Source: Mobula hypostoma (taxonomy: Eukaryota). From it: DNA of 64,000 bases. Positions within the stretch are counted from its first letter, which is position 1; each line of letters begins with the position of its first letter. The position numbers and the translations under genes are program-made. The notes below the pieces were generated by a model. That model saw only the letters and a program-made list of their open reading frames with translations. It was not told where the DNA came from and ran no database searches. Of the stretch, positions 36,858 through 50,700 are shown piece after piece. Location of the stretch: positions 31,682,001-31,746,000 of the forward strand of contig NC_086123.1 in NCBI RefSeq assembly GCF_963921235.1. The letters run 5' to 3'.

Positions 36858-39300
36858 TTTTTTTTGTAACTTATTTTTATTGCAATTCAGCATCATACAA
36901 ACATTTCCATAAGATGTATTTCAGATACTGTATGTATATATCATATAGTCATGTTTGCCACACATCTCCACATAGTATTTATCTGAGGTATACACTTACA
37001 GAAAAGAAAGAAAAAAAAGAACTAACAAAAGGAAAACTATGTACAAGTAGGGAGTGATCTTTTTTCTTACAACATAATCATTGATTTGTGAGAATAATAT
37101 CAGGTCTACAGGGTGTTATGTAGTTAAACTATTTTTCCCAGTATTAATCAAATTGTTCCAATTTATGATTGACAGATGCTGTTATCTTCTCCATTTTGTA
37201 AATGTCCATTGTAATTTCCACCCATGCATTTAAAGTTGGGCTCTCCTGTGATAACCATTTCCTGGTAAGAGTCTTTTTACCAGCCACCAGCAGTATATTC
37301 GTTAAATATTTATCTCTTTTCAACTATTCTTGAGGTATATACCCAAAATATACGGTCTTACTTTCTAAGGGTATTTCACATTTAAAAATGTCTTGTAGGG
37401 CATTGTGCATTCCATTCCAATAATCTTTGATAACGGGGCAATCCCAGAAAATATGGTAATGGTTTGCATTTTGATTTCCACAATTTCTCCAGCAAACAGG
37501 GAGGTTACTATCATAATGGGATTTTTGAGAGGGTGTAATAAAATGTCTTATCAGGTTTTTCCACCCAAACTCCCTCCATTTCTGTGAACTGGTACACTTC
37601 CATTGATACCTCCTTATTATTGTCCATTCTTCCTCAGATATAGTTATCCCTCCTTCCTTCTCCCATTTTGTTTTAATTTATGAAGTCAAGTGTGTTTTAA
37701 GATTTGACAAACCCTTATACACGCTTGAAATTATTCTACTACTGTTGTCTGAATTATATGCTTTTCTAAATAGCTCTATCAAACATGTACTTGCCTTGGT
37801 TACATTTTTAACCCACCTATTAACATACTGTCGCATCTGTAAATAGCGATAAAAATCTTGTTTTTCTAATATGTGTTTCTCGTTAAGCATTTCAAAACTG
37901 AACAGTGTTCCTTCTTTCATTATATTGCATAGAACTGTTATTCCTTTAGCTGTCCAGTCCTTAAATCTAGCATCCAGTTTATTCAGCGTAAAATCCGAGT
38001 CATATGCACACCATTTGAGATTTACAATATCTCCCTCTAGTTTATATTCTTTTATAATAGTTTTCCATATTTTAAGAGTCCATTTCACCCAATGGTTATC
38101 AATAGTACTTATATAACTTCGTAGGTTGTTATCAGCCAAAATTGCCTGCATGGGGATGGAAGGTATCCTCTCCTCAATGTTTTTCCTTTGAGTGCCATAT
38201 GATGGGTTGCACCAGTATATCACAGCTCTCATCTGTGCTGCAAAATAATAATCTCTAAGAGAAGGTAGGCCCCATCCCCCCTTTTCCTTGGCTAATTCCA
38301 AAATTTTGAGACGAACTCCACGTCTTTTACCTTGCCATATACACCTTGATAACATTTTATGCCATTCATTGAATTGATTTTGGTTAATCTCTATTGGTAG
38401 GGTCTGAAAGGGATATAGTAACCTGGGCAATATATTCATTTTAATGGATTCAATCCTTGAACTGAGACTAAAGAAAGGAATTAGATTCCATCTTGTTATA
38501 TCTTCCTTAATTTTTTTATATATAGGCAAATAATTGCATTTTGATAGTTTTGCCAAGACTTTTGGCATGATGATGCCCAAATATTTGAAAGACTCTGTTT
38601 GCCATGCCAAGGGATATCTACTTTCAATTTCTCTTAATGTGCTATAGTTATATGAAAGTAATTGGGTTTTATCTATGTTAATCTTGTATCCTGATAATTG
38701 ACCATATTATTCAATCATTTGGCCATGATGGAGGTAAATAATCTATAATCTACAGTAAGAACAGATATTGGTCTAAATGACCCACATTCCATTTTATCCT
38801 TGCCTTCTTTCGGTACAGCTGAGATTATCGCCTCCTTCCAGCTGGGTGGCGTTTGCACCTTTTATAGAGCCCAGTTCAGTGTGGGGATTAAAGCAGGAAT
38901 TAACTCATTTTTAAATTCTTTATACCACTCTGCCGTATATTCATCTGATCCTGGTGACTTACTTAATTTAAGCCTACTAATTGCAGTTTTTAGTTCAGTT
39001 TCAGTTATGTCAGCAGTCATTGTTCTATTTTGTTCTTCGTTTAAAGTGGGTAACTCTAAGAGAATTCAGGTAGGTGTCAATTTGGGTTATGCTTCCCCCT
39101 GAAACTTTAGAATATAGAGTTTTGTAAAACACTTCAAAAGCTTCCTGAATTTCACTTAGCTTATTTTTTTTTATCACTTTTGTTCTTGGATCCCTAATTC
39201 TATGAATTGTATTTCCTGCTATCTTTTTTTTCCAGCTTCCACGCCAGTATTTTCATAGATTTAGATCCACTTTCATAGTGTCTCTGTTTCAAAAACATTA
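36858..39300 (-). mobile_element. 5'-truncated L1 with internal deletion of the RT core
   Basis: Poly(A) at about 36858. ORF 37678-38610 (FKYLGI..SRIESIKMNILPRLLY..GGWGLP). Same family as 60174-62384. Confidence 0.9.
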
Positions 39301-40159
39301 GATTTAAGCAAGTTGTGAATAATGGAATAGATTGGCTATTAATAGCTGCATTGATCCAATAGCCATGAGAATGAAATCACCATCCCCTTGACCTTCACAT
39401 ATAACCTTGGGCTAAGTTCACATATTTCTAATGACTACCAGAGAAAACTTGAGCCTCCAAAAGTATTGTGTGCAGAGAGGTCCATGTATGAGAGTAGACT
39501 TGCACAGATTGGCATATCTTTTATCCCTTCTGTCTCAAACCCTCTGGATGGACTACCCAAGATATCCCTAAGCCCCAGTAATGGAATGCTGCCAGCAGCG
39601 TCAATACTGAAGCATCTATTGAATGAGCAGTTCAGCTGAAGTAAACGGATTTTACAATGTCTGAGCATCCCTTTAAATAGTGAAAAATCCAAGTACTTAA
39701 TATTGTACATATAACATTTTTTTTTACATTTCAGTGAGGAGAAAATGGCATCTTAGGTACCAGGATTCGCTCACATTGTGAGTACAGATACCTACTAACT
39801 GTACTCATAAGGGCCCCATTGACCTAATCCTTTTCTTTGAATTCTGCTCAGTGTGCACCTGTTATTGTGGGGAGCTTTGACCACTAATTTACACACAACA
39901 GAACCATGCATTCTGTTCATAATAGCATGGAGGATGAATTCATGGTGTGTGTAAAGGGGATGGTTTCCCAAATCAATATTTCAATAAATCAAGGGAAAAT
40001 CACATTATTTTAGATCTGATGTGGGGCAAAATAGAAGGATTAATTTACAATTAAGTGGTTAAGAGCCTTTAGGGAAGAATGATCACCATATTATAAATCT
40101 TTACTTAAAGACTTAAAGTTATTTAAAATATGATAAAATGAAAATCAGGGCTTTAAATT

Positions 40160-41104
40160 CAGCGGATTCCAGTTAACTGAGCCATAGGTTAATTGAGGCA
40201 GCCGCTTATTTGAGACAACTCTCAAGAACAAAAACTAATCAAGAAAATAGCTGTGATATCCTTCATTCATTTGGGCCACTATGCCCAAATTGGGACAGGA
40301 GACTGTTGCTGAACAGTTTCTAAATAGCATCAGTCGCATGCACTTGTGTGGCCGTTAGTCACTACACTGCACTTAAGAGCGTCAGTTTTTAAATAGCGCC
40401 AGTGGTTTGTGTTTATGTTCAAAAGCCATGATTTTTGTCACTGATAGTGGGCAAGAAATAAGGAGTAAGACAACCCTGAACTGTTTTGCTCACTGCAGAT
40501 TCAAGCATTCATGGAGATGCGAGAAATGGCCTGGAGTGAAAATGAAATGATTTCACTACAACAGGTTAGGAACTATGAAGAATTTGAAGGTATCAACAAT
40601 CATCTTGAATGTTACAATAAAAATTAAGATTTGAAAGATCACCAATTTCTAACTAGCATCAGTCGAGTGCATTTGTGTAAATGTTAAGGTGCTACACCAT
40701 GTTTAGAGTGAAGAGTTTTTAAACACCGTCAATTGCTTATGCTTGTGTTATGTTATGTTATTCATCTGGACCGACCGAAGCCGAATTAAAAGCCAGTGAT
40801 TTTTGACACTACTTCATGCAGGAGGCAATGAAGGCAATCCATTATCTACACTAGGTGCCTGCACTGATTTTGTTCATTTACAATCAGTCAAAAGAACATG
40901 GAAGTGTACACTATATGATAACTATTAGGAACTAATACAGTTTTATAGTACTGCAGTAACATTGGCAGTGTTCTAATTTGTTCTATATTTCATTTTAGTA
41001 TATAATTTGTTACTCAGTTAAGCAGTAGTTTGTCTTTTCAAAACTATTTCCATGAAATTTTGGCTAATTGGCTCTGATGTGTCCCAGTTAACCAGAACCC
41101 ACTG
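40160..41104. mobile_element. Tigger/pogo-like non-autonomous DNA transposon
   Basis: Imperfect TIRs cagcggattccagttaactgag / cccagttaaccagaacccactg followed by TA. Internal direct duplication at about 40318-40445 and 40647-40810. Confidence 0.65.
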
Positions 41105-41434
41105 TATATTCAAAACAAGCTGACCCAATGCAGCTTGAATTCATTGTGGTAAATGGAAACTCTGTTAAAAGTTTCGATATAAATGGACACAAGGCTAATA
41201 TTTAAAGAACTAATACACAATTTCCAGCAAATGAGATATCATATCCCAACAGTAAGAGCAGTCCAGGCATCACTAGAAAGAAAAGTCAAAGATAATGTAA
41301 GATCAAAGTAAAAGATTTAAAATGTTGCCAAAAAGAGCAAAAAGCCTGAAGATTAGGAAGAGTATCTTATTTCAGCAATGGAAGATGAAAACGTTTATAA
41401 GAAATGGAAAAGTAGTATACAGATGCTATTAGTT

Positions 41435-44005
41435 AATGCTCTGCAGCTGGATCATTGACTTCCTAATCGGGACCACGGTCAGTGGAGATTGGAAGTAACA
41501 TCTTCTCCTCGCTGACAATCAACACAGGCACATCTCAAGGATACATACTTAGCTCGGCTCTCTATTCTTCATACATTCATGACGGTGTGCCCAGGCACAG
41601 CTCAAATGCCATCTATAAAATTCACCAATGAAACAACTGCTGTTGGCTGAACCTCAATGGTGACGAGGTGGTATACTGGAGTGAGACAGATCAGTTGGTT
41701 GAGTGGTGTTGCAACAACAACCTCGCACTCAGTGTCAGTAAGAAAAAGGAATGGACTGTGGACATCAGGAAGGTGAAATTTAGAGAACACACAGCAGTTT
41801 TCATAAAGGGGTCCACAGTGGAATGGTGAGCAGCTTCAACTTCCTAGGTGTCAACATCGCTTAAGATCTATCCTAGGCCCACATAGAGTCATAGAATACT
41901 AGTGCACAGAAGTAGGTCCTTTGGACAATCTAATCCATGCCAACCTGTTATTCTGCCTAGTCCTATCAATTTGACCTGGACCATAAAAAAAACCTTCATA
42001 CCCTTCCCAACCAAATACTTATCAAAATTTCTCTTAAATGTCGAAATTGAACTCGCATCCATCACTTCTGCTGGCAGCTCGTTCCACACTCTCATCACCC
42101 TCTGAGTGAAGTTGTTTCCTCTCATGATCCCCTTGAGCATTTCACCTTTCACACTTAACCCATAACCTCTAGTTCTAGTCTTACCCAAACCCTAGTGTAA
42201 AAAGCCTGTTTGTTTTTACCCCATCCATACTCCTCAAACTTGTATAACTCTTTAAAATTTCCCCTCAATCTCCTACATTCTAGGGAATGAAGTCCTAAAC
42301 TATTCAAACTTTCCCTATAACTCAGGTCCTCAAGTCCTGGCAACATCCTTGTAAATTTTCTCTGCACTTTTTCAGTCTTATTGATATCTTCCATGTAGGT
42401 ATGTGACCAGAAATGCACACAACACTCCAAATTAGGCATCCCCAATGTTCTGTAGAACATCAGCATAAGATCCCAACTCCTGTACATATGAAGGTTAATG
42501 TACCAAAAGCTCTCTTAGCGACTCTACCTACCTGTGACACCACTTTCAAGGAATTATGGAAGTGTTTTCCCAGATCCCTCCATCCTACTGCACACTGCCA
42601 TTCACTGTGTAAGATTCCCAGCTTTGTTTTCCCAAAGTGCAATACCTCACACTTGTCTGCATTAAATTCCATCTGCTGTTTTTCCAATCCAACCTATTTT
42701 TCCAGCTAGTCCAGATCCGGCTGCAAGTTTTGTTAGCCGTCCTCACTATCCACTGTCCCCTCAAGCTTGATATCATCCACTGCAAGCTTTGATAGTCTTC
42801 CTCACAGTCCACTACACCTCCAATCTTGGTGTCATCTGCAAATTTGCTGATCTAGTTTACCATATTATCATCCAGATTGTTGATGTAGATGACAAACAAC
42901 AATGGACCCAGCACCAATCCCTGCAGCACACCACTAGTCACAGGACTCCAGTCAGAGAGGCAACCACCTGCCACTACTCTCTGGCTTCTCCCACAGAGCC
43001 AATGTCAGATCCAATTTGTTATTTCATCCCAAATGCCAAGCAACTGAATCTTCTTGACCAACCTTATCAAAAGCCTTGCTTAAATCCACAATGACAATGC
43101 CCTCTGCCTTTCCCTCATCAACTTTCCTGGTAACCTCTTCAAAAAACTCTGTAAGATTGGTTAGTCAAGGTCTACTGTGCATAAAGCCATGATTACCATC
43201 TCCAATTAGCCCCATCTATATAAATACTTAAGAATACCTTCCAATAATTTAGAATCCCTTAAAATAACTTCTTACCTTCCAATCCTTTGACACCTTACTC
43301 ATGTCTAAGGAGGCAATTACGAAGAAGGAATGATAGTAGCTATATTTCATTAACAGTTTGAGAAGATTTGGTATGCCATGAAAGACATTAGCAAATCTCT
43401 ACAGATGTAATGTAGAGAGCATTCTGACTGATTGCATCACTGTTTGGTATGCAGGGGCCAATACACAGGATTGGAAAAATCTATAGAGGGTTGTAAACTC
43501 GGCCAGCTCTAACATGGACACTTACCTCCTCACCATAGGGAACATCTTCCAAGGGTGATGCCTCAAGAAGGTGTCATCCATCATTAAAGACCCTCACCAT
43601 CCAGTACATGCCCTCTCCTCATTACTATCATTGGAGAGGCGGTACAGGTGCCCCAAAACATATACTTAATGATTCAGGAACAGCTTCTTCCCATCCACCA
43701 TCAGATTTCTAAATGGACATTGAACCCATGAACATAACCTCACCATTCTGCTCTCTTCCTGCATTATTTGTTTTTGTACACGTATTCTTATGGTAAATTG
43801 TATTGAATTGAATTTATTTCTTACATCCTTCGCATACATGAGTAAAAATCTTTACGTCTACCGTCTAAATGTGCAATCATAGTAATTTATAATAAATAGA
43901 ACAGTCAATGCAATAATTTCAATTAATTTTCATGCATTACACTATACCACTGCTGCAAAACAACAAACTTCATGACCTGACAACAAACCTGATAAACCGG
44001 ATTCT
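41435..44005 (+). mobile_element. Rex1/Babar LINE split by a CR1 insertion
   Basis: RT text (ctggatcattgacttcct..., ttcaacttcctaggtgtcaacatc) to about 41882, resuming at about 43300 (attacgaagaagg..ctatatttcatt) through to the 3' tail. Confidence 0.8.
41885..43270 (-). mobile_element. CR1 LINE 3' half (RT)
   Basis: ORFs MEFNADKCEVLHFGK, LECCVHFWS..KVQRKFTRMLPGL and NFTQRVMRVWNELP. Confidence 0.9.
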
Positions 44006-45961
44006 TTTTGAGTAGCACTAATCAACAGTACCCATAAATGATAGAGTTCAAAAGCAGTTCATCCAAAAATGCCTTCCAGAACTGTCCCAACTACAGTTCC
44101 ACAAGACAACACCTCCCAAACCTGTCTCTTCTAGCTGCTAAAAAAAACTATTTCCTTGCCATAAAACCATCAAACATGATTTGTTATTCTCCCATTGTTC
44201 TAAGATTGAAGTCCTAGATCTTCCCATTTAAGAGCATTCCACTCCTTTTCCTCCACTTTCTGCTGTATGGGTGAGGATGTTTACAGTTGGAATCAGAATA
44301 ACTCACATTTCTTTATATACCACATACTGTCTCAAATCTATGTACAATCTGCCTGAAGGCTTAGACAGCGGAAACATCAAGCAAGTTGATTATCTGCTTC
44401 AACCAGCGGGTGTTGAATCCATGAAATTCATTGCCATGGAGAGCTGTGGAGGCCACATCACTGGGTGGAATTAAGGCAGAGATTGATAGGTTCTTTGTTT
44501 GTAAGGGGATGAAGGGTTATGGAGAGAAGGTGGGAAATGGGGTTGAGAGAGAAAAGGAAAATCAGCCATGATTGAATGACATAACAGACGGTGGGCTGAA
44601 CAGCCACATTCTGCTCCTACCTCTTATGACCTCTTTATTACTATTTTCTTCTATTCTTTCATATTTTAGTTGCTTCACAATTGGCAGCCCTATCTTCTCT
44701 GTAAGCCCTAAAATTCTCTCTCGATTTTTTTTGTCTCTGTCCTCTGGAATGCCTTAAGACAGTTCTGATTTTTCTCATTTGCCTATTTCATTGCGGATGA
44801 TGTAGGCTAAATTACTTGTAACAGGCTAGTTGATAAAGTATTGATTTTCAACATTGCTTCTCTGTGAAGTTGAAGTTGAAGTTTAAATGGAGTTCCTCAA
44901 AAATACCTCCTACTGAGTATGGTTTTGCTCCTCTTTTTCTTCCCAGCTATTTCAGCACTCTCCACTGCTTCCCACACAGAGCTCCAACAAATGTGTTTTG
45001 AAAGCTAAAAGAAAACAACAAATGTTTGTACAAAAGTGGGTGCAGATGAGATTTACCAGGATGATGCTAGCACTAGCGAACTGTTGCTGTGAATGATCAG
45101 ATACGCTAAAGAGACACAACTCAAATGTATTCAATTATAGGGGCCTTGAGAGATTAACCAGAAAGGACCTTTTCCCTTGGATGGGGGTTGAGGGACAAAT
45201 CCATAAGGCATATATTGAAATTAGTTAATTGAGAAATTGGAGGGAGACAAGAAAAGCTTTCGCATTCAGAAGATAGGAGCATCTGCAAGGCATTGCCTGA
45301 AAGGGTGATTGATGCAGCATTTTCCAAAATTACCTGGATGTACTTTAAGAACAATGGGAAGCCAAATATTCTTCTCTAGCAGAAATTTTCTATGTATTAA
45401 TTTTTCTACTACAATGAAATCATAACTGATTCTTCTAGCAAAACAGATTTTTAAAAAGGCTGTGAATTAAATCAGTAACTGAAAATAAGCCAGCATTTAT
45501 CCTGCATAGAATGCTTGAACATTTGAATACGTACAAATCTTTATCATCCACTGGATTCACAATTTGTAGTTAATACCATGGTTAACTATTCACTTACATA
45601 AAGCAACATCAAGTGGCAAATAGTCCTGCATAAGTGTTTATTCCATTGAAATTATTATGAATAGCATTTCCAATGCAGCTAGCACGTGAATAATTCAGAA
45701 TCTAATTCTGAGGTGGGATGAGAATGGCAGGTGAACAGAAATGTTACAATGGCGGAATATGGAATGTCTTAAATGATGCACTTGAACAACAACATCTATT
45801 TTCTAAAACTTCTGTTTAAAATCATTAATTAATTTGTTTTTGCCATGTAAAAAGAGTAGATCTGCTGCCCTATACATACAAGTAAACATTGGAGACACCT
45901 CCCTCTGTAGGCAAAGTATGGAAAAACACTACCAAAATAATCTTTGACCATTTTAAAAGAA

Positions 45962-46798
45962 CAAGAAATATTTAAAGTTGTTCATAGAGCACATATGTCC
46001 AAAGATAAATTAGCTCGCTTTTATTCTCATATTAATCCTTTTTGTGATAGATGTCCGGGGCAGATAGCCTCTTTAACTCATATGTTTTGGTCTTGTCCTA
46101 CTCTGGAAACTTTTTGGAGAGACATTTTTAATATTATCTCCAAGGTATTGAATATAGATATCTCTCCTCACCCTATTACTGCTATCTTTGGACTACCTAA
46201 AATTTCCAGTAATCTTTCTCCTTCAGCCCGTAGAATGATTGCATTTCTTACTTTAATGGCGAAAAGATGTATCTTACAACATTGGAAAGAGCCTAATGCT
46301 CCAACTACCTTTTTTTGGTTTTCTCAGACGATATTATGCTTGAATTTGGAGAAAATTAGAAGCAATCTTTATGATTCCTCATTTAAATTTGAACAGACCT
46401 GGAGATCTTTTATTCAATATTTTCATTTAATGTAATATATACCCTTCTTGTTTTTTTTTACTGTTTTTAATGGAGGTCGGGATTGAGGACGTGATTTTAA
46501 GTTTTTTTAACTCTGTTTGGTTTCAAGTTAGCCCATTGCTTTGCTTTGCTTTTAGTTAGTTGCACGGTGGGTTTTTTGGGGGGGTTTTTTTTCCTTTTCT
46601 CTATTGATATATATATAAAAATTAGTATACTATTATGTTACCTTGGTACGTTATGTTTAAATTACATTGTTTGTATCATTTTTTTTGTATTAATATCTCC
46701 TGTAATTTTATTATATTCTAACAGTGTATTAGTGCCTATATGGCTTACCTTTTTGTATACTTATTCAATAAAAAGATTTAAAAAGAAAGAAAGAAATA
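45962..46798 (+). mobile_element. 5'-truncated L1 (ORF2 C-terminus, 3'UTR, A-rich tail)
   Basis: FKVVHRAH..CDRC..HMFWSCP..LEKIR, then aataaa and an A-rich tail. Possible TSD aagaaatat. Confidence 0.88.
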
Positions 46799-46944
46799 TA
46801 AACAGGAATAAGCTATCCAGTCCCTTACTTCTGTTCCACATGACTTGTACCTCTAATCTAATCTAATCTAATAATCTAATATCTGCACTAATCCTGTATT
46901 TTATGGTCTCATGGTCTATATTATCAATACTCTTCAGAGACTGT

Positions 46945-47108
46945 CTGCCTGGGATCAGTGGTCGTATATCTAGGATTTGTGATATGCACCACCCGACTCT
47001 GATCAGGGGGCTAAGCAGGTGCTACACCTTGCCCAAGGGTGACCTGCAGGCTAGCAGAGGAAAGAAGCACCTTGTACCCCCTTTGGTAGAGACACATCTC
47101 CACCCTGT
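46945..47108 (-). mobile_element. 5' part of RTE-related SINE family (same as 54700-55075)
   Basis: Reverse complement of gggtggagatacgtctctaccaaagg...cccttgggcaaggt(g/a)tagca..tgcttagccc. Confidence 0.7.
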
Positions 47109-47499
47109 CATCTACAATTACTGATATAGATTGTGAAAATCTGGGTCTCTAGCACTGATACTCACTGCTGCTCAACCCAAAAGTGACACAAACTCAATAC
47201 AAAGTTCATGGCCCAGCAATTCACTCACACAGTGCATGTAATTTCACACATACTATAAGGTTTTCTTTTCCTACAGTGAACTATAGTGAACAGCGCTGAC
47301 GAGTTCAGATGCAAGATCAAGCATGATAATTTGATTTTTGTTTCTCTATAGATGCTATGACTCTGATGTCTTATTGTCTGATGGTAAATGATCTTGTGCA
47401 CGAATTGCAAACATTAGCAGTCAGGTGCAGTGTGAAATGCAAATACCATATTGTCCTTAATTCCAATAGGGATTGGATTGTGAAAGAGGAGGAGGAAGG

Positions 47500-48560
47500 G
47501 GAGTTCAAAACAGGGTATAACTTTCACAGTGAATGGTAGGAGTCCAGGCAGTGTTGTACAACAGAGAGACCTAGGACTACAAGTAAATACAGTACCGTGC
47601 AAAAGTCTTAGGCACCCTATATTTTTTTATATATGGTTTCAGATCGTATGGCCTCCACAGAGTCCTGATCTCAACATCATCGAGGCTGGCTGGGATTATC
47701 TTGAAAGAATGAAGCAAGTGAGACAGCAAAAGCCTGCAGAAGAACTGCGGTAAATTCTCCAAGATGCTCAGAACAATCTACTGCAGATTTTCTTGTAAAA
47801 CAGCACAACAATGTACCTAAGAGAACTGATACAGTTTTAAAGCCAAAGGGTGGGCACACGAAATATCAATTTGACTTAGTTTTTTAACCACCCTTTGCCT
47901 TTAAAACTGCATCAGTCCTCTTAGGTACATTGTTGTGCTGTGCAAGTCTTAGACCTGTAAAACATTCTGTAAAACAAAGATGCTTTCGAAAATACTGAAA
48001 TGAAACATTTCTAAATGTCAAAAAAAAAATACAGTACTGTAATTCCCCGAAAATGGTGCTTCAGTGTTGTGCACAGCTTTGGTTACCCAGCTACAGAAAA
48101 AAAATTCATTAACCTGGAAGGGGAACAAAGAAGATAAGAATTTTGCCAGGATTTGAGGGTCTGAGTTATAGATAGAGGCTAGGCAATCCAGAACAGTCTT
48201 CCTTGGAGCACACAAGAGTGAAGGTGACCTTACAAGTATAAGATCATGAGGGGCATAGATAGGATGAATCTACACAATCTTTATCCCCTAAAGATAGGGC
48301 ATTAAAAATGAGAAAGCATAGGGTTAAGGTGAGGGAGAATCATTTAAAAGGGATCTGAGGGACAACTTCTTCACACATACACTGGTGCATATAAGGAATG
48401 AGCTACCAGAGAAGGTAGTTGAGGCATCAGGACAGGTACATTGAGAGGAAAGATTTAGCAGGATATGGCCCAAATGTAGGACTATCAGCCTAACTCACGC
48501 ATCTTGTTTTGCATGAATGAGTTAGTTCAAAGGACCTGTTTCCATGCTGCATTACTCTAT
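47500..48560 (+). mobile_element. Degraded CR1 3' fragment interrupted by a Tc1 remnant
   Basis: cagagagacctaggactacaagta|...|attccccgaaaatgg, and the 3' tail aaaggacctgtttccatgctg. Confidence 0.7.
47590..48039 (+). mobile_element. Tc1/mariner remnant, rearranged
   Basis: TA|cagtaccgtgcaaaagtcttaggcacc ... cagtactg|TA. Encodes WPPQSPDLNIIE (Tc1 DD34E motif). Confidence 0.85.
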
Positions 48561-50314
48561 GACATGATGACTCAATGGACAATCTACATTTCTATGCAAG
48601 GGCCATCAGCTAACGCAATCCAAATGGTAGACACTGGAAGCACAATACATAGCCCACATTCAAAGCTATAACACTACCTTACCTCTTACTGTTGTGAATA
48701 CAAATATATAGCACTTATCTCAAAAGCTTGATCATTTCCCTCAATGTTTTGGGCTAAAATAAGGATTGCTGCATGAACATGACTATTCATAGTTCTATAA
48801 AATGTATTTGTCTTTACACAAAGTTTCAAATATTAACAGAAGTGTTTTATTCAACTTAAAAGTGAAATTACACTAAACCATAAGAATATGCAAGGAGGAG
48901 GATTAGGCCATTTGGCACCTTGATCACGCTCCACCATTTAAAAGAATCACAGCTGATTTTATATCTCAGGCTCACTTTAATGCACTAACTCATATCCAAT
49001 AACTCCTTTAGTATCTTAAAAATTGATCAATTTTCTTGGATATATACACAGTTATCAGCACTCCATAGCTTTCTTAGGTGGATAATTCCCAACATTCATG
49101 ACAATCTTGGTGAAGAAATTTGTTTTCCTCTGTCCTGAGTAAGCCTCTCGGCACTTTTCTGTCATTTTTGTTGTATGCCCACAACAAAAGTGGCATTTGG
49201 AAGTTGAAATTCCTTTAAGAACTAGAGCACTAATATTACAGAAGCACATTTGCAAACTGGAAGCTACACAACATTATACTCAACCCATGTAGACCACAAC
49301 ATCTGCCATTAAAGAAAACATTTACATAACGTTATCACAAATAAAACTCATGTGGCTGGAAAACAAGGGAGCAAAGGATAAATCCTTGGAGTAATTATAG
49401 TTAATTGCACATGGAGGAAAGAAAACCTGATGCTGAAAACTCTGTGCATTACTACAAACTTAACTTGTAGGAAATGAAATAAAAGGAGAGTCCAGCAAGT
49501 CTGGACAATGTAAGAAAAGAAAATGCAGGGGCTGATATGGTCCCACTTGGAGACAAAGAAGTGAAATAATGGACCAACTAAGAAGTTATCATTCATGACT
49601 TAATATCTGGTTAAGATACTGTAATAGAATTTGTACTGTGAAGTTTTAAAAAGGAGGCTTTGAAAAAGATTGGTAGGCAGAGAGGTAATTGCAATGTATT
49701 CCAAGATTACTACTTTAAATTAAGGCCAAAAGATAGGATTTAGACAACAATTTTATTTTAATATTGCAGGAATCATAATATTGCAGGAACTTGAGGAATC
49801 ATAGAACAAAAGACATAAGATGACAAAACACACAACATTTGGGGCAGAGTAGAAAAATATTTTTTAAAAAAGCAAAAGCTGAGGTTGTGCAATATATCAC
49901 TAGATTCAGATGACTGTAAACTCTGAAGCTCAAGTTAGAAAGGTAATTAAAATCAAGATATGGGTACAGAAAAGTTTTGTGGAATGATGATTGCTGCAGA
50001 TGACGAATAAATGGACTGAACTACCACTTTCTGCACTCCAATTTCTTCAAAGTTAGTTTCAGTCATCTATTAGAAATAAGAATAGTTTTCCAGATGCTCC
50101 CCAAAAGGTTTTTCTGAACTTAAAAATGAAGCATACCGAAAAGCCTCTGCAAAGCAGTTTTTCTCCCTCTTTTATAGAAAAGGTTTACTTTTTCCTAATG
50201 GATATATTTTATGAAACTTAACTGCATTTACTTCGGTCTCCTTTAACAAAACGCTGAAAGTGATGTTCAATTTGATGGCATGAATATAGATTTCTCCTTG
50301 CGGTATAAAAAAAA

Positions 50315-50700
50315 TTATTCCCTTCCCCTCCCCTCCTCTTCTATTCTCCACTCTGGCCCCTTACTTCTCACCGGCCTTTCACCTCCCCTCTGGGTCCCTT
50401 CCTCCTTTCCCTTCTCCAATGGGCTACTCTATCTCCTATCAGTTTCCTTCTTGTCCAGCCCTTTACCTTTCCTACCTACCTGACTTCAGCTAGCACCTTC
50501 CAGCTATCCTCCTTCCCGCTCTCCCATCTTTTTATTCTGGTGTCTTCCCCCTTCCTTTCCAGTAATGAAAAAGAGTCTAAGCCAGAAGCTTTATCTGTTT
50601 ATTCATTTCCATATACACTGCCTGACCTGCTGAGTTCCTCCAGTATTTTGTGAGTGTGTAGCTTAGGATTTCCAGCATCTACAGACTTTCTGGTGTTACA
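50315..50700 (+). mobile_element. Penelope pLTR-derived element (pyrimidine-rich body, decayed hammerhead)
   Basis: ctgcctgacctgctgagttcctccag tail and CT-rich body, like 36320-36610 and 52990-53375. Confidence 0.7.
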
